From positions 1,016 to 25,873 of IMG/VR virus record IMGVR_UViG_3300029467_000015: 24,858 bases of DNA. One strand, 5' to 3'. Positions within the stretch are counted from its first letter, which is position 1. The number at the start of each line of letters is the position of its first letter. The notes below the pieces were generated by a model. It searched no databases. It had not been told where the DNA came from and saw nothing but the letters and a program-made list of their open reading frames with translations. Shown here piece by piece: positions 16,772-23,519 of the stretch. A program made the position numbers and the translations under genes. Source of the DNA: a virus.

Positions 16772-17244
16772 CGGTAGGTGCTTCGCATGGGGTTGAACCA
16801 GGGGCGGCGCGTGTAGCGCGGCATCATGTAGGCGGGATCCGCGGGCGCGGAGCCGTCCACGCTTTCCGGCAGCATGTCCCCTTTGGCGTAGAGCGCCAGC
16901 ATCGCGTCCGCCGATTCGGCGGCCTTCTGGCGCGTCTCGGTCAGGTTGAGCTGGTAGCGCAGGTAGAGCTGCCGGATGATCAGCGGCCATGCCAGGGACC
17001 GCATGCTTTGCGGAATGTCGTACATGCCGCTGTTCTGGAGCGATTGCCGCAGGGCGAGGTTGTTGGCCAGCGCCCCGCGGATGGTCATGCAGACATCGTT
17101 GACCGCCTCCATCATGACATCCCGGTAGTCCAGGCTGCGCTGTTCCCCGGCTGTTACCAGGGCATCGCGTTCGGCGGTGTTGAGACCGAGCAGCCGATCG
17201 GCTTCGTCGGTGGAAATCGTGGACCAGGCAGGAAAGGCGGACAT
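16768..17244 (-). CDS. Head-tail connector/adaptor candidate (158 aa)
   Basis: ATG ORF starting 19 nt after the capsid stop. The position and size are typical of head-completion proteins. Confidence 0.55.
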   Translation of the reverse strand: MSAFPAWSTISTDEADRLLGLNTAERDALVTAGEQRSLDYRDVMMEAVNDVCMTIRGALANNLALRQSLQNSGMYDIPQSMRSLAWPLIIRQLYLRYQLNLTETRQKAAESADAMLALYAKGDMLPESVDGSAPADPAYMMPRYTRRPWFNPMRSTYR

Positions 17245-17263
17245 GATGGAGGCGGGGTTGGGG

Positions 17264-18190
17264 TTAATCGCCGGTGGCCGTCGCGTCGATGCGGACGATG
17301 GCGCTGGGGTTCGTCAACTTGGTCAGCGAGTAGACGCGGTTTGTGACGAGCGTCAAGGCCGGCGTCGGCTTGTATTCAGTGATGACTTCTCGGCGAAGCT
17401 TGCCGGAAAGACCGAAGGTCTTGACGGCGGAGGCGTCGAACTGCGTCGGGGAGTCTTCCTTGTACAGGACATAGACTTCGTTTTCCATGATGGTTTTCGC
17501 GTCGCCGGAAGCGTCGCGGTACGGCATGGAGGCGATGTAAATATCCCGGATGGGCCGGATCAGAGCCATGCGAAGAAGGTCTTCGTTGAACAGGCCGACG
17601 CTGTTGAAGGAAACCACCTGACGCGCGAGCGTGTTGGAGCGAAGCAGCTGCCATGCGTTGATGCCGAAGACAATCGTGTTCGGCATGTGTCCGGTTGCGG
17701 CGTTGATGGACAGGATCGCCTGGTCCAGATCCGCCAACGGGTTTTTCTGCTGGTTGGCCCAGTCACCCATCCCGGAAGCGGCCGGAAGCTGGCTCATCAG
17801 AAGCTTGGCGCGTTCGTATTCGTACGACGTCACAAACTGGGATTCGATGAGTTTGTATTCCGCCAGGGTGATGGCCTGCGCCTTTTCCCGGTTGACGCCC
17901 AGCAAGGCGTCAGGGATGGGCAGCGTCAAGCCGTAGCCCTGAAGGGTGTCGGTTTCGTTTCTTCCGCGCAGGACGGTCTGGCGGGGAGGTTCGCCCGGTC
18001 CCACCTGGATGGGCTGGACGGTGAAGGCCGATTCCGTGTCCCAGACCTTGTACTGGAAATTCAGGTCATAGACCGGGACGATCGGAGCGATGCGGCTGAT
18101 GATGGAGTTCTCTTCGGTGTTCCCGGACCCCGCGGAATAGGAGGTCAGGACATCGGTGAACTGAACGGCGGAGCAAAATGGAGTAGCCCT
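17264..18190 (-). CDS. Major capsid protein (lambda gpE-like family), start placed at in-frame AGG 18190-18188
   Basis: Family-like segments are present: RIAPIVPVYDLNFQYKVWD, DTLQGYGLTLPIPDALLGVN and WANQQKNPLADLDQAILSINAATGHMPNTIVFGINAWQLLRSN. The frame is open from 18217, but the first ATG/GTG/TTG is GTG 18004, which would give only 246 aa and remove the first of these segments. Confidence 0.75.
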   Translation of the reverse strand, partial: RATPFCSAVQFTDVLTSYSAGSGNTEENSIISRIAPIVPVYDLNFQYKVWDTESAFTVQPIQVGPGEPPRQTVLRGRNETDTLQGYGLTLPIPDALLGVNREKAQAITLAEYKLIESQFVTSYEYERAKLLMSQLPAASGMGDWANQQKNPLADLDQAILSINAATGHMPNTIVFGINAWQLLRSNTLARQVVSFNSVGLFNEDLLRMALIRPIRDIYIASMPYRDASGDAKTIMENEVYVLYKEDSPTQFDASAVKTFGLSGKLRREVITEYKPTPALTLVTNRVYSLTKLTNPSAIVRIDATATGD

Positions 18191-18224
18191 TGTTCTTGGT
18201 CTTTCTGTTGGTTGGGGTTAATAG

Positions 18225-18656
18225 TTAGGCTGCGGCGACCTGGTAGGACGGAACGAAGCCGATTTCCACAAGGCCCTGTTCCCACTGGGCATGAATAACG
18301 CGGGCATAGACGGTGTCGCCGCTGGCGGCGGCCTTCCATGTCCCGTTGGCCGTGATGGTGACGGGCGTTCCGGCGTTGATGGTTCCGGGCGTGTCGGATA
18401 GAGCCGCCTTGATCAGGCCGGCATACATTCCGACGAGCGCGGCGACGCAGGTTCCCTTGTTGGGCTGTCCCTGCAGGACGACGCCGAGCAGCTGCGTCTG
18501 CGTGGGGATGGCGGACAACGGAGTTCCGACAAATTCGGGGATGTCAGGATTGGCGGTCAGCGCCACGACGGTTCCTTCCTGTCCGCACAGGTCAACGCCT
18601 TCAGGGGCGTTGAAATAGACGATGGCGTTTTTCTGGGTTACGTTGAGTGATGGCAT
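18225..18656 (-). CDS. Head decoration-like protein
   Basis: 143-aa ATG ORF between the protease/scaffold and capsid genes. It is G/A/V/T-rich and beta-type, of a size typical of decoration or DUF2190-like proteins. Confidence 0.5.
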   Translation of the reverse strand: MPSLNVTQKNAIVYFNAPEGVDLCGQEGTVVALTANPDIPEFVGTPLSAIPTQTQLLGVVLQGQPNKGTCVAALVGMYAGLIKAALSDTPGTINAGTPVTITANGTWKAAASGDTVYARVIHAQWEQGLVEIGFVPSYQVAAA

Positions 18657-18674
18657 TGGTTGATATGGGTTAAG

Positions 18675-19787
18675 TTATCGGTTGGCGGAGACGATGAAGC
18701 CTTCTTCGGTCGCTTTCTGGTAGGCGTCATAGCGCTTCATGCCGTCCTTGATCAGTTCGTTGACGCGGTTGTTGAATCCGTCAATGGATTCCTTCTTGCG
18801 GAATGGGTCAGGGGGATTCAGCGTCGCGCGGCGGTTCAGAGGCGTCCTTTTCGGCAGTTCCTTCTTTTCCTCCTGATCCGGTTTTTTGGGCGGAGTCTGG
18901 CGGTTGAGCGCACGGATAAAAGCGTTCAGCGCGGCGGGGCTTTCCCGGAGAGAGTTTTTCAGCTCTTCCCGGCGTTCTTCCGTGAATTCCTCGCGTTCTT
19001 CCTCGTCCAGCGCGTTTTCGTACGTGCTGACGGCGTCGTCCACTTCGGCGTTCACGTGGTCTTTCTCACGCTTTTCCAGCGAGAGCAGTTCATCAAGGCG
19101 TCCGAGGATCGCCCTGCTCATGTCGTCGGTGCCGTCAAATTCGACATCCAGCTTGTCAAGCAGGGAGTCGAACAGGGCCCGCTGGGCCTTGTCCATCTCC
19201 TTGGACGGATATTCTCTATCGTCGTTTTCCATATTGGTTTTCTGGGTTGTTTCCCCCTCTTCGGGGCTTTTGGGGTCGCCCCCGGCCTCGTCGGAGGCGG
19301 GGGAAGTCTGTCGGTTGACCAGAGGCCGCTTTCCCTTGATGCGCGGCCGGTTGGTCAGAGCGAAGCCGGTCAGACGCGACGGGCGGTAGACGCCGTCCGT
19401 CAAAGTCATGCCTTCGCCATATTCGGTGGATGATTGCGTGTATTCCTTGTCCTGCAGCATCTTCAGGCCGCGCGGCGTCCATTCGATGAACCCGTAGAGT
19501 TCCAGCGTGCCGGAAGGGTCGCGGTAGGTGTCCAGCCTCTTGAGCCATCCGAGGGCCCGAGTATCGCGGGAAAGGTCGTGGCTCAGGTGGTCGCCGTCGA
19601 TGAGCATGCCCGGGCCGTCAAAGGTGCGGGCGTTGAAGTCGTCCACCATGTCCCGGATCGCCTGCTCGTCGATGCGCAACACGGCGGGACCCTCGCCGTA
19701 GTCAACGTCATGGTCTCCGCTTTTCTCAACGTGGAACCAGCCGTTGGCGGGTCGGGACAGGTCATTGATTTGTTTCGTGCTGATCAT
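18675..19787 (-). CDS. Mu gpI-like prohead protease with a C-terminal scaffold-like region
   Basis: 370-aa ATG ORF. NGWFHVEKSGDH...LRIDEQAIRDMVDDFN...MLIDGDHLSH...ALGWLKRL...LYGFIEWTPRGLKMLQDKEYTQSSTEY matches the Mu-like prophage I protein pattern. The C-terminal half is E/K/R/D-rich, as in scaffolds. Confidence 0.75.
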   Translation of the reverse strand: MISTKQINDLSRPANGWFHVEKSGDHDVDYGEGPAVLRIDEQAIRDMVDDFNARTFDGPGMLIDGDHLSHDLSRDTRALGWLKRLDTYRDPSGTLELYGFIEWTPRGLKMLQDKEYTQSSTEYGEGMTLTDGVYRPSRLTGFALTNRPRIKGKRPLVNRQTSPASDEAGGDPKSPEEGETTQKTNMENDDREYPSKEMDKAQRALFDSLLDKLDVEFDGTDDMSRAILGRLDELLSLEKREKDHVNAEVDDAVSTYENALDEEEREEFTEERREELKNSLRESPAALNAFIRALNRQTPPKKPDQEEKKELPKRTPLNRRATLNPPDPFRKKESIDGFNNRVNELIKDGMKRYDAYQKATEEGFIVSANR

Positions 19788-21126
19788 CGGTAAATCCTTT
19801 CATGAGTCCGGCGTAAATCATTTGCTGAAGCTGTTCATAAGCATCGGGCGGAATGAGTGCTTTTTCCGGTTCCCTGTTGGCCGCCGCCGTCACCGGAACG
19901 GGGTCCTGCGTGTCCTCGATCGACATGCCGATCTTTTCTTCAATCTCGGTCTTCTCGGGGCGGACGCCTCCGTCGGCAAGCGCGGCGATTTCCTCGGCTT
20001 TCTGCAGCGGGGTCTGGACGGTGTCAAAAGTGATGTGGAGGCGGGCCAGCGGTTCGCCGTCTCCCAGGACAAGCGGGCTGATGGCGGCGTTAAAAGCTTC
20101 GGCGACCTTGGAACAGACCGCGGAGACGACCGAATTCCAGCTGTCCGTGTGCGCTCCCCCGGCCAGCGTGCCGGATCCTGATTCATTCAGGACGGTCAGA
20201 GTGCCGGCCATTACAAACCGCACCTGGTCCTTGTCGGACATGTTGATTCGGGATAGGAAATAGTTTTCGTTGATGTTGGAGGCTTTCAACGGTTCGGCGG
20301 TGCAGCCGGGAGGAAGCACAATGGAGGCTCCCGATTTGAGTTCCTCACAGGCCCGTTCCAGCGCGTCCATGACGGCGGCGCTCGCGTCCTTGGGCGCCGT
20401 GATGATGACCGGGGCGCTCCCGTAGCGGTCCATATGGTTGTCCCACGTAACTTTGGCGTGATTCCGCTCAAAAGAGGCGCGGGTTGCCGGAAAAAGAATG
20501 GGGTTCCGGTGCTCCATGACCACGAGCGTTTCTTCCTCTACGCTCTCGCCCGTGTCGACCCCGATGTAGCACTGGGGATTAAACTGCCATTCGTTCAGCT
20601 CTCCGGGCCGCACCCAGTATCGCTGCGGGATGAATTCAAAGCGGCGGCCCCAGGAATCTTCGATGTATTGGAGGTGGGCGTACCCGTAAAACATAGCGGA
20701 GGCCAACTGCCCAAAGGCCTGTTGAAGTCCGGTGACGGAGTGATAGAATTCTTCCAGCGCGTTCTGCTGACGCTGGGCTTCCGGGCTGTCGTCCGCGGCG
20801 TCAATCTTCCATCCCTGCATGGAGACGCTTTCAATGAGCCGGGAATAGAGCATGCCCATCAAGCCGTCCGAGTAGATGACCTCGTCCCAAATGAGCATTT
20901 GGCGGGCAAAGGCTCCACGCCGCGCTTCGTTCCGGGCGTCAATCAGGGTTTGCAGGTCGGCGCCCTGTAACGGGTCCCAATATTCGTACCATTGAGGCTG
21001 GTTAGGCTTCCGGCTCTGTTCCGTCAACGCTCGCCGGGCCAGGTCCGTTTCAAGCTCCTTGATTCTGGTCTCCTGTTGGGCTACCAGCTTCGGGGCGTTG
21101 AGGATATTTCGGACGGCGTTAAACCT
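19762..21126 (-). CDS. Portal protein (Mu gp29 / DUF935-like), start tentatively at in-frame AGG 21126-21124
   Basis: It sits between terL and the protease and is 421 aa from TTG 21027. The frame is open upstream to TGA 21213 and reads (AGG)-FNAVRNILNAPKLVAQQETRIKELETDLARRAL before the TTG. The start is uncertain. Confidence 0.65.
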   Translation of the reverse strand, partial: RFNAVRNILNAPKLVAQQETRIKELETDLARRALTEQSRKPNQPQWYEYWDPLQGADLQTLIDARNEARRGAFARQMLIWDEVIYSDGLMGMLYSRLIESVSMQGWKIDAADDSPEAQRQQNALEEFYHSVTGLQQAFGQLASAMFYGYAHLQYIEDSWGRRFEFIPQRYWVRPGELNEWQFNPQCYIGVDTGESVEEETLVVMEHRNPILFPATRASFERNHAKVTWDNHMDRYGSAPVIITAPKDASAAVMDALERACEELKSGASIVLPPGCTAEPLKASNINENYFLSRINMSDKDQVRFVMAGTLTVLNESGSGTLAGGAHTDSWNSVVSAVCSKVAEAFNAAISPLVLGDGEPLARLHITFDTVQTPLQKAEEIAALADGGVRPEKTEIEEKIGMSIEDTQDPVPVTAAANREPEKALIPPDAYEQLQQMIYAGLMKGFTDDQHETNQ

Positions 21127-21235
21127 GCGGCTTAATGATGGAAAGGGATTGGTTGCAGGGGGAGGAGTTGGACCTCCGACACGGGGACAGGAACCCCGTA
21201 TGATACCGTTTCACTACCCTGCGATTGAATACAAA

Positions 21236-21268
21236 TCAACACATATAGATATGTTGATATATTGTCAA
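21236..21268 (-). promoter_or_regulatory. AT-rich island with a consensus TTGACA and an overlapping imperfect inverted repeat
   Basis: The minus strand reads GGTTGACAATATATCAACATATCTATATGTGTTGATTTG. TTGACA is at 21268-21263. A weak -10 candidate TATGTG follows a 17-nt spacer. The dyad is TCAACATAT-ctat-ATGTGTTGA with 8 of 9 positions matching. Confidence 0.35.
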
Positions 21269-21270
21269 CC

Positions 21271-22644
21271 CTAATATCTACCGATGGCGCGTTTTTGTGC
21301 CGGATGTCTGGCATACCAAGCCCCCAGATTCCGGACAAGTCCGCTGTGCCGGCGCGCGTGCCAGGCCATGACAAGGGCGTCGGCCCGGTCGGGAGAACGA
21401 ACTCCACGCTTTGCCATGTCCTCCTTGCTCTCGATTTTGACACGCCCGATCGCGTCTGTCTGGACGCGCGGTGCGACCAGCTGTTCGATCGTGTCTTCGT
21501 CGATGTCGAGAATGAGCTCTTTTTCTTCGATGGCTCGGGCCAGGGCCCTCCATGCCTGGGCGCGCAAGTTGACAAAGGCCTGCGTGTCGTCGGACGGGAA
21601 GCCGCCCCGGTAGGAGTGCACCGGGAATCCCTCGGCCCGGAAGTCGTCAATGATGGGAAGCCCTAACCCGTCGCCATCCGCGAAGATGCGGTCGGCTGGA
21701 ATACCGAGCTCGACGGCCTTTCGGCGGAACCGTCCCCGCGCTCCGACGGTGTCCGGGTCTGCCCAGTGATCAGCGATGAAGAACCGGTTGCCGTGCCCGG
21801 CAGCAAAGACGTTTTCATCGCCTCCGGCGGCGAAGTCAAAGCCGCCGCAGGTCTCCCCAGTGTCCAAAAAGGGAGGCGGGTTGTTGAGCAGCTCCATGAG
21901 GGCGCGTCGGGAAATGACGGATTGTCCGTCAAGGTCCGTGAATTCTCCGAGGATGGCCGAACGGTAAAAGGAAGAATCTTCGCCGTATTCTTTTTTGATG
22001 CGGGCGGCCTTGCCCGGGTCGTTGATCTCAATATGAGGACAGTCCTCGTATTTGACCCGGATTTTATAGTAAAGGGAGGAATTTTTGTGGAAGCAGTCGT
22101 AGAAGGTGCCGGAATCAGCTCCAGGTGACGATGTGATGAACGCATGAAAGAGCGTGCAGCGGGAAACCGCGGTAAAGATGGGGTCCGGGATGGTCTTGGC
22201 TTCGTCGAGGACGTAAAAGACCGGGTCCACGTCGGGCGATATTTTCGGGTGCCATCCTTCCGCGCGTCCGGCGTTGTCGGTGGAGAATCCCACGGCAAAA
22301 CCTCCTTCAGGGGTACGGATTTCCGTCTTGTTGAACGTCCAGCCCGCAAAGAACGGATTGTCCATGTAGCGGCGCAGCGACGGGAAGAGCTGCTTTTCCA
22401 CTTGCATCCACGAAGAGGACGTGACGGGAACCTGTCCCCGCGGAAAACAGGTGAGAAAGTACAGGATGGCCGGCGCAATGCAGTTGCTTGTCTTGCCTGA
22501 TCCGTTGGGGGCTACCAGAGCCACGCTTTTTCCGCCCAGGGCAATCTTGCCAAGGGATAGCGCCTTGATGGCCTCCACCTGCCAGGGATAGGGATCCAGG
22601 CGGAGGATGTGGCGAAGGAAGAAGCTAACGGGGAGGTATGGCCT
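21271..22644 (-). CDS. terL: Terminase large subunit, start placed at in-frame AGG 22644-22642
   Basis: Walker A is VALVAPNGSGKT, and the C-terminus has the nuclease-type end RSPDRADALVMAW. The conserved LDPYPWQ motif that precedes Walker A is encoded upstream of the first canonical start (GTG 22578). No ATG, GTG or TTG occurs in-frame between TGA 22839 and 22578. Confidence 0.85.
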   Translation of the reverse strand, partial: RPYLPVSFFLRHILRLDPYPWQVEAIKALSLGKIALGGKSVALVAPNGSGKTSNCIAPAILYFLTCFPRGQVPVTSSSWMQVEKQLFPSLRRYMDNPFFAGWTFNKTEIRTPEGGFAVGFSTDNAGRAEGWHPKISPDVDPVFYVLDEAKTIPDPIFTAVSRCTLFHAFITSSPGADSGTFYDCFHKNSSLYYKIRVKYEDCPHIEINDPGKAARIKKEYGEDSSFYRSAILGEFTDLDGQSVISRRALMELLNNPPPFLDTGETCGGFDFAAGGDENVFAAGHGNRFFIADHWADPDTVGARGRFRRKAVELGIPADRIFADGDGLGLPIIDDFRAEGFPVHSYRGGFPSDDTQAFVNLRAQAWRALARAIEEKELILDIDEDTIEQLVAPRVQTDAIGRVKIESKEDMAKRGVRSPDRADALVMAWHARRHSGLVRNLGAWYARHPAQKRAIGRY

Positions 22645-22649
22645 GATGT

Positions 22650-23207
22650 CTAGGGATTGAGCTTGCCAGCGATGGTTTCCAGCGCGGTTTTCTCGTCTTC
22701 CTGGAGCCGGGCAAGCTGCTCGGGGTCCAGAGTGATCTTGCGTTCCAATGGAGCGCCTGGAACGCCCGCTACATCCTGCCGGACTCGGTCGCCGAATTTC
22801 TCGGGGGCGAAGCGGGCGGCCACTTTCAGCCGCGTTTCAATGGCGAGCTTCTTCGCGGCGACGGAGGCAGAGCCACATTCAGGGTCGAGCGCAACCTGAG
22901 CAGCGGCATCTGACAAAGACTGGCACTCGTCAAGCAGTGCTTCCGACTGCGCTTCCCGTGCGCGTTGAATGAGTTTGGAAAACTCCGGCTTGGTTTCACG
23001 CCAATTCCAAACCGTCCAAACCTCCGGCATGTGATCGTCCGAGCAGATGGACTTCATCGTTTCCCCAGCAGCCAGCCTGGAGGCTATCTCGGCGGCTAGT
23101 GCCTCCGTATAGAGGCTGGGCCGTCCTATTTTCTTGTTGGTGGTAGGTGATTGTTTCTTTTTCCTGCGGGTGCACCATAAGAGATTTTGCTCCCGTAAAT
23201 CAAGCAT
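22650..23207 (-). CDS. terS: Terminase small subunit (HTH type)
   Basis: 185-aa ATG ORF. IGRPSLYTEALAAEIASRLAAGETMKSICSDDHMPEVWTVWNWRETKPEFSKLIQRAREAQSEALLDE ... KLAIETRLKVAARFAPEKFGDR matches the common GRP-x-YT / ARE-Q small-terminase pattern. It lies directly upstream of terL. Confidence 0.8.
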   Translation of the reverse strand: MLDLREQNLLWCTRRKKKQSPTTNKKIGRPSLYTEALAAEIASRLAAGETMKSICSDDHMPEVWTVWNWRETKPEFSKLIQRAREAQSEALLDECQSLSDAAAQVALDPECGSASVAAKKLAIETRLKVAARFAPEKFGDRVRQDVAGVPGAPLERKITLDPEQLARLQEDEKTALETIAGKLNP

Positions 23208-23230
23208 GTTGTTTGTTCTTGTCTCTCCAT

Positions 23231-23263
23231 AAGCAAAAGGGCGGCCGCCGAAGCAGCCGCCCT
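23231..23263 (-). terminator. Strong intrinsic terminator 24 nt upstream of the terS start (late-operon leader)
   Basis: The minus-strand RNA reads AGGGCGGC-U-GC-UUCG-GC-G-GCCGCCCU followed by UUUGCUU. This is an 8-bp stem plus a 2-bp extension with a UUCG loop. No gene ends here on either strand. Confidence 0.55.
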
Positions 23264-23329
23264 CTTGTAAGGAATTGGACGATACACGGCCAAAGGGAGA
23301 ATTCCCTAAACAGGCAGTTTTTCAATCCA

Positions 23330-23345
23330 CGCCCCGAAGGGCGGC
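23330..23345 (-). promoter_or_regulatory. Upstream leader hairpin carrying a second copy of the terminator 3' arm
   Basis: The minus-strand RNA reads GCCGCCCUUCGGGGCG. The stem is CGCCC/GGGCG with a UUCG loop. The 8-mer GCCGCCCU (23345-23338) is identical to the terminator 3' arm (23245-23238), exactly 100 nt downstream. Confidence 0.45.
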
Positions 23346-23361
23346 ATCTGAAAGAACATTC

Positions 23362-23391
23362 AGAATACCTTCTTTTCCCACATTTTTTGAA
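23362..23391 (-). promoter_or_regulatory. Weak candidate late promoter
   Basis: The minus strand shows TTCAAA (23391-23386), an 18-nt spacer, then TATTCT (23367-23362), just upstream of the leader hairpins. The match to consensus is modest. Confidence 0.2.
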
Positions 23392-23421
23392 GCCGAGCAA
23401 AGTTTTTTTTGCACATGCTGC

Positions 23422-23519
23422 ATTTTCCTCTTGCACTACTAAACATTGTTTAGTAAATTAACCTTGTTGACGGGAGGTAAGGAACCCAGAGACTGAACAA
23501 CTGAAAGAACAAAATCATG
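23422..23519 (+). repeat. Promoter-operator-leader cassette, copy 1
   Basis: It is roughly 85% identical over about 100 nt to 24622-24721. The shared parts are ATTTTC-TCTTGC, the operator, CTTGTTGACGG-AGGTAAGGA, and CTGAAAGAACAAAA just before the ATG. Confidence 0.8.
23431..23459 (+). promoter_or_regulatory. Early promoter copy 1 with a palindromic operator in the spacer
   Basis: TTGCAC (23431-23436), a 17-nt spacer, then TAAATT (23454-23459). The spacer contains the perfect dyad CTAAACA-T-TGTTTAG (23439-23453). Confidence 0.6.

Noticed and set aside
16772-16990. N-terminal extensions of track ORFs 15635-16990, 14979-15821 and 14452-15087.
   Set aside because: The extensions overlap the preceding genes by 100-220 nt in another frame and are R/P/A-rich. 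Internal ATGs at 16771, 15644 and 14982 give ATGA-type or short overlaps with the upstream stops and sensible N-termini.
23148-23150. An in-frame AGG (23150-23148, in CGC AGG AAA AAG AAA) as an alternative terS start, giving MKKKQSPTTNKKIGRPS.
   Set aside because: A canonical ATG at 23207 is available and nothing conserved lies upstream of it. Including this site would inflate the AGG pattern without evidence.
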